A model generated the notes under the pieces. The model saw only the letters and a list, made by a program, of their open reading frames with translations, did no database searches and had not been told where the DNA came from. This document shows positions 1 through 10,046 of a stretch of 50,920 nt of DNA, piece after piece. The translations under genes and the position numbers were made by a program. The stretch spans positions 1 to 50,920 of the forward strand of contig JBGSIV010000216.1 of assembly GCA_041742355.1 (NCBI GenBank). The letters run 5' to 3'. The DNA comes from Candidatus Zixiibacteriota bacterium (GTDB lineage: Bacteria; Zixibacteria; MSB-5A5; GN15; FEB-12). Position 1 is the stretch's first letter. Each line of letters begins with the position of its first letter.

Positions 1-3000
1 CGAAGGTCGGTAATCCGTCGGGCGAGATGCTCCCGTTCACCGGGGTAATGAGGCTGAAGGCCGAGGGCGCCTGGTTTTCGGCGTTGACCCGGAACACGCC
101 GGTGGCGGTGTACGGCCCGTACTCCTGACCGTCGAACGTCCGCGACCGCCACCAATACCGGGCGTCATCCGCGAGCGGCGCCGGCACCGTCCAGATCGTG
201 TGCGACGCCTGCTGCGCCACGCCGCTGGCCTGCGCCACCAGAGTGGTCAGCGCCAGATCGGCATAGACTTCGAAGCCGTAGGTCATGACGTCGCCGTCGG
301 GATCGGCCACATTCGCGACTTTCAGTGACGGTGTCGCGCTTGTCACGACCGTATCCTGCAGAGGCGAGACGAGGAGCCCCGCCGCGGCGACCGCGTTCAT
401 GCGGAACGTGATCTGCCGCCAGCCCGACCAGTTGGTGCCGTTGAACGCGCGCACCCGGAAAACATACGACTTCCCGTCCGCCAACGGCAGACCGGCGTAG
501 ACTATTGTGGTGTCGGCCCCGGTGAATACCGGCGGCGACCACATATTGTCCCAGTTGTAGCAGAGGTTGCCCGTGCCGACCTGCACCTGGTACTCCAGCT
601 GCGATCCGCCGGCCGTGTCGTCGAATGTCCACGAGAACTCCGGCGTGTGGTCGGTCAGCCGGAGCGCCGAAGCTCCTCCGGTCACCGTTGCCGCCGGGAC
701 CAGCGGATTGAGCACGGCGGTATCCGGCGCGAAGAATTCCATAATCCGCCCGAGCACCGTGTCCTTGGTGGCCCATCCGGAGGCGACGAACTCGTCGCCA
801 ATCCCCTCCAGACCGAAGCTCGCCAGCACCAGTTTGTAGGAGCCGTCATACGATATTACGGTCGAGCCGCCGACCGGCAGCGTGAATTCGTCGACCGACC
901 CGTTGATCGTCTGGATCTTCTGCGGGTTGGTCTGATTGGTTCCGGTGTAGTATCGGATCTTGATCCCGTCGCCGACCACACTGCCGGATGCACCGTAGTG
1001 GAACGGGTAGAGCTGATCCGCCATGTAGGTCGCCCGGAGATAGTTGTTCAGGAAGCTCTGGTCGTCGGTGTTCAGTTCCTTGACAATGGTCTGGCCGGTT
1101 AGGAACAGACTACCGCCGCCGTCAAGGTATGCCTTCATGGAGACCACATCCGCCGCCGAGAGAATATCCGCCCGGGTATTCCCCGTGAACCAGATGACCA
1201 TCTCGTATCCGGCCAGGGTCGCGCCCGAGGGTGTACCCTGCACGCTCTTCTCCCAGACATCAAACGGCATCCGCCGGTTGAACAGCAGCTGCTCGTACGT
1301 CTGGTTCCACGTCCCGCCGTTGTCGTCGTCGACGAGGAGAACGGTCGGATCGCCGATGTGCAACTCGAAACCAAACGTCTTCTCGCCGCCGACCTGGTCG
1401 GCCTCGACTGACAGGAAGAACGAATCGATACAGGGGATGAAATCGCCCGGCACCGTGAAGACAATCGGACTCAGGTTATTGTCCTTGGAGGCGCCCGTGC
1501 TGATTGTCCCGACATTCGCCTGCGGCGTGCCGAACACGATATCGTTGTTGTCGGCGGCCAGAGTCCCGGTGACATTGGTGCCGGTCAACCAGAGATTCCG
1601 TATATTGAACGTGAACGTCAAGGTCTCCCCTGCCTCGGCGACCCCGTTGTTGTTGCCGTAGGCGGCATCTGAGAACGTCCCCGACAGCAGTTCGAACCGG
1701 GGGCGGCAGTAGGCGACATCGAATCCGGCCGTCATGATCGAATCGGGTCCGGAGATGTCCCACACCGCCGTCTGGGTCACCGCGCCGGTATACGTACGCG
1801 AATTCGGCACCGTCAGGTCATCGAAGGCGTTCTTCGTGTAAGCGGTCCATACGTCGCCACCGTCTCCGCTGTTGGCTCCGCTGGCCAGGTCATTCCGGCC
1901 ATCGGCCTGCTCGACCCCCACCAGCGGGTGCGTCTCATCCGAGTTCCCCCACTGGGATTCATCGATATGGTAGATCAAAAGCCCGGAGGCCGGGATGCCT
2001 ATATCTTTGTCGCGACGCTGGCGATTCTCAATCAGGAAGTACTGTGAGCCGACTGTCCCGTTGGTCCACAAGCGGTACGCCACCGGCTGGTGGTAGCTCG
2101 ACACGACGGACATGTCGACCGTGCAGCTTGTGATATTGGTCAGCTGGAGGAAGCCGACCTCCTTCTTGCACCAGGCATCCATGAAGGCCGGGTACCGACC
2201 GTTGCTGTTCCAGCTTCCGCCAGCCATCAGCGACCAGCTGCCGACCCCGGAAGACGAGTAGTCGGTGTCGTACAGGTCAGGCAAACCGAGGAAGTGCCCA
2301 TACTCGTGCGCATACACGCCCATGGTCGACAGCCCGGACGAGGTGTTCTCCTCCGGTTCCATGGTGTACGAATTGATCGCGACGCCATCGAGGTTCAGCG
2401 TGTAGCTCGTGCTCCAAGCATGGGAATGGACATGGTTCACGTTGCCGGTTTGTTCGTATCCCGGCCCGGCATGCACGATAAACACGCCGTCAAGCCGGCC
2501 GTTGCCGTCCCGGTCAAATTGCGAATAGTCGACCAGGGGATTGGCCAGGATCAGGGCGTCTTCGGCCATCTTCTGGGCGTTTTGCGGATAAGAACCGAAA
2601 CCCCGCTGGCCGTTTACGTAGTAGGCGTAGGTCTGCGGCGCCCGCACCCAGCCGACCACTGTCCCCTGCATGATGAATCCGCCGTACGAGTTGTCGCGGT
2701 AGAATTCGGCCATGGAGTAGTGGTTGTCGTTGTCGTCGTACGAAAACAGCAGGTGCATGAAATCGGCTGTCGAGCCGTAGACCTGGCCTCCGGCAGCCGT
2801 ATTGTCAGAGAAATCGACCAGAACCACCAGCACGCGGAAGGTGTCCGGCTGGTTGGGGTCAAACTGGAGTGCCTGACCGGCGGCGTCCCGCGACGCAATG
2901 CTCGGATTCGGCGCCCACACTCCGCGCGCACGTGCTTCAAGCATCATCTCAACGTGAGACTGCAATTGACCCGAAACTCTCAGGCTGTCCACCAGCTCGG

Positions 3001-3112
3001 GCGAGAGGGAAACAGCCAGAACCGACGATCCCGCGGTGAAGGAAAGGGCAAGTATCGTCAGAACAACGGAGAAGACGGAAGTACGGTGGCGGAAGGTACC
3101 TGGTGTCGACAA
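1..3112 (-). CDS. Secreted M6 family (immune inhibitor A-like) zinc metalloprotease with C-terminal beta-sandwich domains; 3' end runs off the window
   Basis: Parts translated by hand (absent from ORF track because no stop lies in the window). TTG at 3112 after AGGAGG; signal peptide; FRVLVVLVDFSD; MGVYAHEYGHFLGLPDLYD near 2270-2323. Start, motif and left edge share one frame. Confidence 0.88.
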   Translation of the reverse strand, partial: MSTPGTFRHRTSVFSVVLTILALSFTAGSSVLAVSLSPELVDSLRVSGQLQSHVEMMLEARARGVWAPNPSIASRDAAGQALQFDPNQPDTFRVLVVLVDFSDNTAAGGQVYGSTADFMHLLFSYDDNDNHYSMAEFYRDNSYGGFIMQGTVVGWVRAPQTYAYYVNGQRGFGSYPQNAQKMAEDALILANPLVDYSQFDRDGNGRLDGVFIVHAGPGYEQTGNVNHVHSHAWSTSYTLNLDGVAINSYTMEPEENTSSGLSTMGVYAHEYGHFLGLPDLYDTDYSSSGVGSWSLMAGGSWNSNGRYPAFMDAWCKKEVGFLQLTNITSCTVDMSVVSSYHQPVAYRLWTNGTVGSQYFLIENRQRRDKDIGIPASGLLIYHIDESQWGNSDETHPLVGVEQADGRNDLASGANSGDGGDVWTAYTKNAFDDLTVPNSRTYTGAVTQTAVWDISGPDSIMTAGFDVAYCRPRFELLSGTFSDAAYGNNNGVAEAGETLTFTFNIRNLWLTGTNVTGTLAADNNDIVFGTPQANVGTISTGASKDNNLSPIVFTVPGDFIPCIDSFFLSVEADQVGGEKTFGFELHIGDPTVLLVDDDNGGTWNQTYEQLLFNRRMPFDVWEKSVQGTPSGATLAGYEMVIWFTGNTRADILSAADVVSMKAYLDGGGSLFLTGQTIVKELNTDDQSFLNNYLRATYMADQLYPFHYGASGSVVGDGIKIRYYTGTNQTNPQKIQTINGSVDEFTLPVGGSTVISYDGSYKLVLASFGLEGIGDEFVASGWATKDTVLGRIMEFFAPDTAVLNPLVPAATVTGGASALRLTDHTPEFSWTFDDTAGGSQLEYQVQVGTGNLCYNWDNMWSPPVFTGADTTIVYAGLPLADGKSYVFRVRAFNGTNWSGWRQITFRMNAVAAAGLLVSPLQDTVVTSATPSLKVANVADPDGDVMTYGFEVYADLALTTLVAQASGVAQQASHTIWTVPAPLADDARYWWRSRTFDGQEYGPYTATGVFRVNAENQAPSAFSLITPVNGSISPDGLPTF

Positions 3113-3155
3113 GGGGAGTCCTCCTGTAACCTGTTCTATTTCAATTCAATAACTC

Positions 3156-3183
3156 AATATACCCCCACCCCCGATTTTGTCAA
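3156..3183 (-). promoter_or_regulatory. sigma70-type promoter for the M6 protease
   Basis: TTGACA-16nt-TATATT on minus strand, ~45 nt upstream of start. Confidence 0.65.
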
Positions 3184-3427
3184 CGCGTTTCCCCCGCCTG
3201 ACAGAGATTACGACGGGCTGAATCGTACAGAGCCAAGGATGGCAAATCCAATGCCTCAATCGGCCCGTTTGCCGGCCCAAGGTCCAATTAGGATTATCGA
3301 CACAGCCGGATTTGTTCTGCAGATCCTCGGCGTCAGGTCGGGATCGTTGACCGGAAGCGGTTTCCTGCTCTAACCGCCCTGCGTTGAATTCGTTCCGAAG
3401 AACCCTCTCCCGTTCTCTCGGCTGGTT

Positions 3428-4312
3428 CTACGCCTCCGTCGGCGCTTTGCGCCCCTTCCGCTCGGCGATAAACACCCCGGCCAGCACCATCGCCCCTCCG
3501 ATTCCCGTGAACAGCCCGAACTTCTCCCCGAGGTACGGCACCGCCAGCACGGTCGTCGCCAGCGGCTCGATATACAGAAATATCCCGGACCGCGCCGCCC
3601 CGTAGCGGGCCACCCCCTCCTGCCAGAACCAGAAGGCCAGCCCCTGCACCGCTATTCCAAGAAACAGAAGCGCCACCACCGCCTGTCCCGGCAACCGGAT
3701 GACCGCCGACAGGTCGCTGGAAATCAGCATGAGTGTTACCATTACCGCCGCCGACAGCAGCAGGATCACGAACGGCGTCACCAGCGGACCGCTTCGCCGC
3801 GAGATGTCCCGTGTCAGAATCGTGAAGATCGCCCAGGTGTGGGCCGAGGCGAAGACGAGCCAGTCCCCGACGCTCTGCAGCCAGCGCATCTCGAAAATGC
3901 GCCCGTGGGACACCAGGAGAAGGACGCCGCTTGTCGCGACCACGATCCCCCAGACCACCTGCCGCGTGATCCGCTCCTTCAGAATCAGGTACGACAGCAC
4001 CGCCATCACCAGCGGCGTGACCGAAATGAGCCACCCCGTGTTGGTCGCGGTGGTGTACTGCATCCCTATAATCTGCACGAGGAAATGCGCGGTGATTGCC
4101 GCCGCGGCGGCAAGAAACCACGGAAAGTCGCCGCGGGGGATCCGGATCGGACGGCGTTTGATCAAAATCACCGCCCCCATGATCGGCAGCCCGAGTATAT
4201 ACCGCCACCCGATCAACTCGATCGGCGTCAGGTACTCCAGACACACCTTGGTGGCCACGAAGGACCATCCCCAGATGCACACGGTCAGGATCATGAGCAG
4301 GCGGATGAACAT
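3428..4312 (-). CDS. DMT superfamily (EamA) transporter
   Basis: 294 aa, ~10 TM helices, duplicated EamA pattern (IWGWSFVATK; LKERI; EPLATTVLAVPYLGE). Confidence 0.92.
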   Translation of the reverse strand: MFIRLLMILTVCIWGWSFVATKVCLEYLTPIELIGWRYILGLPIMGAVILIKRRPIRIPRGDFPWFLAAAAAITAHFLVQIIGMQYTTATNTGWLISVTPLVMAVLSYLILKERITRQVVWGIVVATSGVLLLVSHGRIFEMRWLQSVGDWLVFASAHTWAIFTILTRDISRRSGPLVTPFVILLLSAAVMVTLMLISSDLSAVIRLPGQAVVALLFLGIAVQGLAFWFWQEGVARYGAARSGIFLYIEPLATTVLAVPYLGEKFGLFTGIGGAMVLAGVFIAERKGRKAPTEA

Positions 4313-4545
4313 GGTTGCTCCGACAGCGGCGGTTCAGCTTGGGGCAATTACTATTTCGGCTCCTTGGTTGTCAACGCCTTGTTTGCGGGGACCATCGACC
4401 GGCCCGATCTAGCTTCTTTCCCCAGAATCTCCGCTTGTTATCCGCCACTAACCTGTGCATATTGCGGCACGATCCTGTTTTTCCGGGCGAACCGGGATTG
4501 ATTCGAAAACGACTGAACTTCAACCCGATTCGCAGGGACATCTGT

Positions 4546-5280
4546 ATGCCGCTTGCCGCCAACGACCGCACCTGGTGCGGAAAGAAACTGCAAGTTCTCA
4601 TCCTCTTCACCCGCGCCGGTGTCGCCCAGCAGATCTGGGTCAGCGCGCGTGGCCGCGGCCTTCTAGTCGATACCGGCGACGGCGCCCTGAGGGATCTTCT
4701 TGCCGCCGGCATCCGCCTGGATACGATCGACGGGATCATCTACACCCATGGCCACTTCGACCATGTCGGGGGGTTACATTCGCTGCTCGGTTTTCTGCGC
4801 ATGATCGGCCGCCAGGCCCCGCTGCCCATCCACGCTCCGGAGCGATCCACCGAGGCCTTTGCGATTGTTCACAACTTTCGGCGTTGCTACCCCGACAGCG
4901 TCCCGTTCGAAATCCAGATGCGCGAACTCCGCCCCCGACAGTTAGTCGAACTGGGCGCGCTTCGAATCGAGGCTTTCCCGGTGGCCCATGCCGGCAGTAT
5001 CGCCGGCGGCGGCATTCTCGAACCTATCCCGGCCTTCGGCTACCGCATCAGTTGCGAGGGGGAGACGGTCGGCATCACCGGCGATACCGGCATGTGTGAA
5101 GAACTGCCAGCGCTCGTGCGCGATGCAGACCTCGCAATTCTCGAAGCCACGTTTGCGACAACCGAAGGATTCGACCCGGAGATGTTTACGCGGGTGCACT
5201 TGTCGGAAGCGATGGCGCACGATCTCGGCGCCCTGGCGAAGGAGTATATACTTGTGCACCGCGCCGAGCGGGACGAATGA
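4546..5280 (+). CDS. MBL-fold metallo-hydrolase, RNase Z-like
   Basis: LLVDTGDG, THGHFDH (HxHxDH), ITGDT, LEATF, final LVH motifs; ATG 4546 chosen over the longer ORF call. Confidence 0.85.
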   Translation: MPLAANDRTWCGKKLQVLILFTRAGVAQQIWVSARGRGLLVDTGDGALRDLLAAGIRLDTIDGIIYTHGHFDHVGGLHSLLGFLRMIGRQAPLPIHAPERSTEAFAIVHNFRRCYPDSVPFEIQMRELRPRQLVELGALRIEAFPVAHAGSIAGGGILEPIPAFGYRISCEGETVGITGDTGMCEELPALVRDADLAILEATFATTEGFDPEMFTRVHLSEAMAHDLGALAKEYILVHRAERDE

Positions 5281-5307
5281 CCGTTCTAGCTGAGAAGCAG
5301 CACAAAT

Positions 5308-5347
5308 GAAAACGGCCGCTCTTACGAGCGGCCGTTTCTTCATTTTA
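5308..5347. terminator. Probable bidirectional intrinsic terminator
   Basis: AAACGGCCGCTC-TTAC-GAGCGGCCGTTT perfect hairpin between convergent genes. Confidence 0.8.
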
Positions 5348-5361
5348 CTGAGAATTAGTGC

Positions 5362-8300
5362 CTACTTCAGCAGGAGCATCTTTCGGGTCGCCGAGAAGTC
5401 CCCTGCACTCAGTTTCGTTAAATAGACCCCGCTGGCCAGATCCCCGGCATCCCAGGTGATCTCGTGGATGCCTTGCGGCAGAACCCGGTCAACCAGGAGC
5501 GCCACCCGCTGCCCGGCTACATTGAATACTTCGAGCCGCGTTTCCACCGATCCCGGCAGTTCAAACGCGATCACCGTCGACGGATTGAACGGGTTCGGGT
5601 AGTTCTGGTGCAGGGCGTAGGCGGTCGGCAGCACCGGACCGGTCGAAAGCGAAGCCGCGTGGACCCGGTAGTCCAGATCGGCGACCAGCGCCGCGGTCAC
5701 CTCATGGCGCCCTTCCAGCCGCAGTATGGCTGTCCGACCCTGCGTGATCATGGCCGGGCCATCCAGATCCAGCACGCCCAGCTTTGTCACGCCGTCGGCC
5801 GCCCCGTATACCATTTCGAGGCCGCCGCCGGCCAAAAGCGCCGGTTCCGATTCAACTGCACCCGAGACCTCAAGCTGCACGCCCCACAGGTCAACGGCGC
5901 TCTCGATCTCAATCGTCGTCGCCCGGCCGTCGAAGAGGCTGTGCACCTGGATTAGATCGGATTCGCCTACCGACGCCTCCTTCCCGAAACTGATACAGCC
6001 GGTACTCGGCTCATCACCACTGCGGAAGAGGAAGTTGACGTAGTACACAAGGTCGCCGATATTCGGCCCGGCACAGTCGCTGTTGACATCCATCAGGTCG
6101 ACCGCGTAAGTTCCCGGTCCCGACCGGAACAGGTAGCTCACAAGGTAGGTCAGGTCGGCCACAGTGCGCCCGCTGTTTCCGTCGAAGTCTCCCGGCGCAC
6201 CAATGACAAAGATGTAGGTCGAGTCGCGGTAGTAGTCAAACTGCGGATAGACCTCGTCGTTTGCCATGTCGATCAGCACGGTCCGACGGGCGTCTTGGGC
6301 CGAAAGGGCTGTATCCCAGTGAATGAAGAACGATTCCGACCCGATAACCGTCGGCACGTTGAAGCGGATGTTAAAGAGCGTCGTCGTGCCGACCGGCAGA
6401 ACCTCACCGAACGTATTCAGGAGAGCGACCACGACGAATCCGGAGTCATTGTCGGCATCAACCACCCGAATGTTCCAGTCGTCCGTCACCAGGCCGTCGA
6501 ACGATACATCGCAGACCTCGACCTGGCTTGGAATATCCAGCGAGATCACCGCGGCCTGCATCGGCTCCACCAGCTGCACCTGCACCGGCTGCTCGATAAA
6601 TCCTTCTCCGCACACCTTCCCCGCTTGTCCGGCTACCGACGGTACCAAGAGCCAGTTCCCCGACGGGGGCGGAGGAGGAGGCGTTGTCGTATCCATTGGT
6701 CCGAACTCGACCAGCGCCCAGAGCTGATGGATCGGTCCTATTCCGACCGTGTCCTCCGGAACGTCGTTCCATGTTCCGTAGTCGGAGCGCGATGCTCCCC
6801 ACATGGCCAGCGCCGGTCCGTCGCCGCTCGGTTCTCCATAGTCCCAGTTTACGTAACCCCAGCTCTCGCCGGTCAACCATCCCCAGGTTCCGCTCGTCCG
6901 GTACCCGCCGAGGTAGAATTCGTCGGCAACACTCGGCTGCTGGGTGTAACTGCCTATCAGCGACATCACGAAGCTGTTTTCGTGGGGCGTCGTAATGGTC
7001 GCCAGGTATCCGCCCTGGCCTTCATGCACGAGCATTTGCGCCAGCGCGTTGTGGTTGACCCACGGCTGCACGATCGGGATGATGCCGTACCAGTGGTCGT
7101 TGCCGCCGGCTGCGGCCGGCCACTGGGTCAGGGCGATCACCGTGTCATGGGGGGGCGGCGGGACAGTCGAATCCGGCTCGCCGAATTCCACAATCGACCA
7201 CCACTGGTGCAGGGTGTGGATCTGTCCGTCGGGGAGGGCGTTGTTCCACTGGCCAGGAATCCGGCGGGGGTCGTTGTTGGTGGCCCCGTAGATTGCCAGC
7301 GCCGTTTCAATACCGCTGTTGTTGGGTTCGCCCATGTTCCAGTTCGTGAAGGCGAACGCCTCACCGGTCAACCAGCGCCACTGGTTGACCGCCACATCGG
7401 TTCCGCCCAACCAGTATTCGTCGATAATGGTGTTGGGCGACAGGCCCCCGATCACCGCACCCAAAATGAACTGATTCTCTTGTGGCGACGTCACGGTGGC
7501 GAGGTACCCATGATACCCTTCCTGCTCGAATGCGGCGGCAGCCAGCCGGGCATCCTGCCAGTACATCGGCCGCGGATTGACCGCGTACCAATGGTCATTC
7601 CCGCCGTCGGTCGCCCGCCACTGTACGAGGTGTACCAGTGAATCCGGAGGTGGAGGCGGAGGCGTCGTCGTATCCGATGGTCCAAATTCCACGAGCGCCC
7701 AAAGCTGATGGACCGGACCGCGCCCGGTCGTATCTTCGGGGACATCGTTCCACTTCCCGAAGTACGGCGTCGAAACGCCCCATATCCCCAGTGCCGGACC
7801 ATCGCCGCTCGGCTCGCCGTAGTTCCAGTTCGCGTAGGACCACGCTTCCCCGGTCAGCCAGCCCCATCCGGTCGGCATCCTCATGCCGCCGAGGTAGAAC
7901 TGATCGACTATGCTCGGCTGAGAGGGATAGTCGTCGATCAACGCCTTCACGAAGCCGTTCTCCTCGGGTGTCGTAATGGTCGTGAGGTAGCCGCCCTGCC
8001 CCTCGTGCACGAGCATCTGCGCCAGTGCGTTGTGGTTGACCCACGGCTGTACGATCGGGATGATGCCGTACCAGTGGTCGTTGCCGCCGGCTGCGGCCGG
8101 CCACTGGGTCAGGGCGATCACCGTATCGGTGGGAGGTGGCGGGACGGTCGAATCCGGCTCGCCGAATTCCACAATCGACCACCATTGGTGCAGGGTGTGG
8201 ATCTGCCCGTCGGGAAGGGCGTTGTTCCACTTGCCGTAGGCGGACATTCCTCCGCCGAGCATGCACAGCGCTGTTTCGATCCCCTGGTTGTTCGGCTCAT

Positions 8301-9681
8301 TGGGTGCCCAGTTGGCGTAGATCCACGGCTCCTGTGTCAGCCAGCGCCACTGATTCACCGATAGATCCCGGCCTCCCAGCCAAAATTGCGGGAGGATCGT
8401 CGGCGGGTTGAGTCCGGCGATAACCTGCTGCGCGATGAACAGGTTCTCGGAGGATGACGTAATCGTGGCGAGGTAACCGGTCAGCCCCTCATGTTCAAAC
8501 TGCAGCGCGCTCGTATTGGCATCAACCCAGTACTGCGCTTTCGGAATGACTCCGTACCAGTGGTCGTTTCCGCCCATAACCGCCGGCCACTGCACCAGAT
8601 TGATGAGTGAATCCGGCGGGGGCGGCGGAGGCTGGGTCGTGTCGCATGGGCCAAATTCGATCAGGGCCCAGAGCTGATGCTCCGGCCCGGTCCCTGTGGT
8701 ATCCCTCGGAACGTCATTCCAACGCCCAAAGTTTTGTGTCGATGCCCCCCAGATCCCCATCGCGGGACCGTCGCCTGACGGCTCTCCGCTGGACCAGTTG
8801 GTCCACAGCCAGGACTCCCCGGTCATCCATCCCCAGCCGGTGAGGGGGCTCTTGTGCCCTCCGAGGTAGAACTGATCCGCAATGCTCGGCTGGTCGGTGT
8901 GGTTCACGATGACCGACTTGACAAAGTCATTCTCGGCCGGTGACGTGATGGTCGCAAGGTAGCCGGTATCGATTCCCCGGACAAACGTGCGGGCCAAATC
9001 ATGATGGAGCACCCAGGGCTGCACGACCGGGATAATCGCGTACCAGTGGTCATTCCCGCCTTCGCTAACCGGCCACTGCACCAGGTTGATCAACGTATCT
9101 TCCGGTGGCGGAGGGACGTCCGGAGTACCAAACTCCACGATTGACCACCACTGGTGCAGCGTGTGGATCGAATCGTCCGGCAGCGCGTTGTTCCATGTAC
9201 CGGGTGTGTAGGGGGGATGATTGTTCCCGATCATACACAGCGCCACCTCGACCCCCTGGTTATTCGGTTCTCCCGAAGCCCAGTTCGTGTAGCCCCAGGC
9301 TTCCCCGGTTATCCACTGCCACCGGTTGGTCCAAGGATCTTTGCCCCCCAGCCAGTACTGCGGCAGAATCGTGGGAGGAGTCAGCCCGACAATGATCTGC
9401 CCGACAATGAAGGCATTCTCTTCAGCCGACGTTATCGTGGCCAGATACCCGGGCAACCCATCATGTGTTTGCGCGGCCGCAGTAGTCACGGCATCCTGCC
9501 AGTACTGCGCGGTCGGAATGACCCCATACCAGTGGTCGTTCCCGCCTTCACTGGCCGGCCACTGGACGAAGTTGACTAACGAGTCCGGTGATGCTATCGC
9601 TTCCTGCGCCGCTACGCCGAAACAGGCGGCACACAGCAGCATCAGGCCAAGAACCGTCAGAGCGCGTCTGAGCTTCTTCAC
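5362..9681 (-). CDS. Surface protein: six C-type lectin-like domains, cohesin-like domain, dockerin-like domain and T9SS type A sorting domain
   Basis: GTG 9681 after GGAGG; signal peptide; six GGNDHWY...YLATIT...LGG...W...NW..EP...WN repeats with poly-Pro linkers; GDFDGNSGRTVADLTYLVSYLF/DVNSDCAGPNIGDLVYYVNFLF; QNYPNPFNPST...ASGVY...RKMLLLK. Confidence 0.88.
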   Translation of the reverse strand: MKKLRRALTVLGLMLLCAACFGVAAQEAIASPDSLVNFVQWPASEGGNDHWYGVIPTAQYWQDAVTTAAAQTHDGLPGYLATITSAEENAFIVGQIIVGLTPPTILPQYWLGGKDPWTNRWQWITGEAWGYTNWASGEPNNQGVEVALCMIGNNHPPYTPGTWNNALPDDSIHTLHQWWSIVEFGTPDVPPPPEDTLINLVQWPVSEGGNDHWYAIIPVVQPWVLHHDLARTFVRGIDTGYLATITSPAENDFVKSVIVNHTDQPSIADQFYLGGHKSPLTGWGWMTGESWLWTNWSSGEPSGDGPAMGIWGASTQNFGRWNDVPRDTTGTGPEHQLWALIEFGPCDTTQPPPPPPDSLINLVQWPAVMGGNDHWYGVIPKAQYWVDANTSALQFEHEGLTGYLATITSSSENLFIAQQVIAGLNPPTILPQFWLGGRDLSVNQWRWLTQEPWIYANWAPNEPNNQGIETALCMLGGGMSAYGKWNNALPDGQIHTLHQWWSIVEFGEPDSTVPPPPTDTVIALTQWPAAAGGNDHWYGIIPIVQPWVNHNALAQMLVHEGQGGYLTTITTPEENGFVKALIDDYPSQPSIVDQFYLGGMRMPTGWGWLTGEAWSYANWNYGEPSGDGPALGIWGVSTPYFGKWNDVPEDTTGRGPVHQLWALVEFGPSDTTTPPPPPPDSLVHLVQWRATDGGNDHWYAVNPRPMYWQDARLAAAAFEQEGYHGYLATVTSPQENQFILGAVIGGLSPNTIIDEYWLGGTDVAVNQWRWLTGEAFAFTNWNMGEPNNSGIETALAIYGATNNDPRRIPGQWNNALPDGQIHTLHQWWSIVEFGEPDSTVPPPPHDTVIALTQWPAAAGGNDHWYGIIPIVQPWVNHNALAQMLVHEGQGGYLATITTPHENSFVMSLIGSYTQQPSVADEFYLGGYRTSGTWGWLTGESWGYVNWDYGEPSGDGPALAMWGASRSDYGTWNDVPEDTVGIGPIHQLWALVEFGPMDTTTPPPPPPSGNWLLVPSVAGQAGKVCGEGFIEQPVQVQLVEPMQAAVISLDIPSQVEVCDVSFDGLVTDDWNIRVVDADNDSGFVVVALLNTFGEVLPVGTTTLFNIRFNVPTVIGSESFFIHWDTALSAQDARRTVLIDMANDEVYPQFDYYRDSTYIFVIGAPGDFDGNSGRTVADLTYLVSYLFRSGPGTYAVDLMDVNSDCAGPNIGDLVYYVNFLFRSGDEPSTGCISFGKEASVGESDLIQVHSLFDGRATTIEIESAVDLWGVQLEVSGAVESEPALLAGGGLEMVYGAADGVTKLGVLDLDGPAMITQGRTAILRLEGRHEVTAALVADLDYRVHAASLSTGPVLPTAYALHQNYPNPFNPSTVIAFELPGSVETRLEVFNVAGQRVALLVDRVLPQGIHEITWDAGDLASGVYLTKLSAGDFSATRKMLLLK
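7010..8231. repeat. Intragenic near-identical direct repeat, ~240 bp (7010-7250 vs 7991-8231)
   Basis: Same sequence at 981-bp offset with scattered, mostly synonymous differences; spans the lectin A/B junction. Confidence 0.85.
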
Positions 9682-9770
9682 CTGCACCTCCCACATCCGG
9701 TTGCAAGAATTATCTATGACTGAACTCTAATTTGCAGAACGTACGGGCCCCCGACTGTCGTCATATGACA

Positions 9771-9799
9771 AGTATAGCGGCAGTCCTTTTTCGGGTCAA
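9771..9799 (-). promoter_or_regulatory. sigma70-type promoter for the lectin-repeat gene
   Basis: TTGACC-17nt-TATACT. Confidence 0.7.
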
Positions 9800-10046
9800 G
9801 CCAAGATCGACTGGCAGTTCGACGATTATTGCCCCGACCTCGGGCGCGATTCTCGCGAGCGCTGCCGCATCCCCAATCTCTACCCACCGGCGTTCTTCCC
9901 CGGCTGTTTATGCTTGCCCCTTCCCCTCCGCTCCCGTTCATTGCCCCCGGCAGAAGTGCGGAGGAGAACCTCCCGATACCGCCGGCCGGCTGGCCGCGCG
10001 GCCGCAACCAAGAACCCGCCCGCCTCCGGGCGCATCGGAGACTGTT

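Noticed and set aside
3294..3320. Additional sigma28-like sites (GCAG-N15-GTCGATAA here; similar near 17642-17668, 34735-34760, 42920-42947)
   Set aside because: Mismatched -35 box or spacing; not distinguishable from chance without a position weight matrix.
7010..8231. DGR template/variable repeat pair in a C-type lectin gene
   Set aside because: No reverse transcriptase in the window; both copies are in-frame coding; mismatches are mostly synonymous and not adenine-specific.
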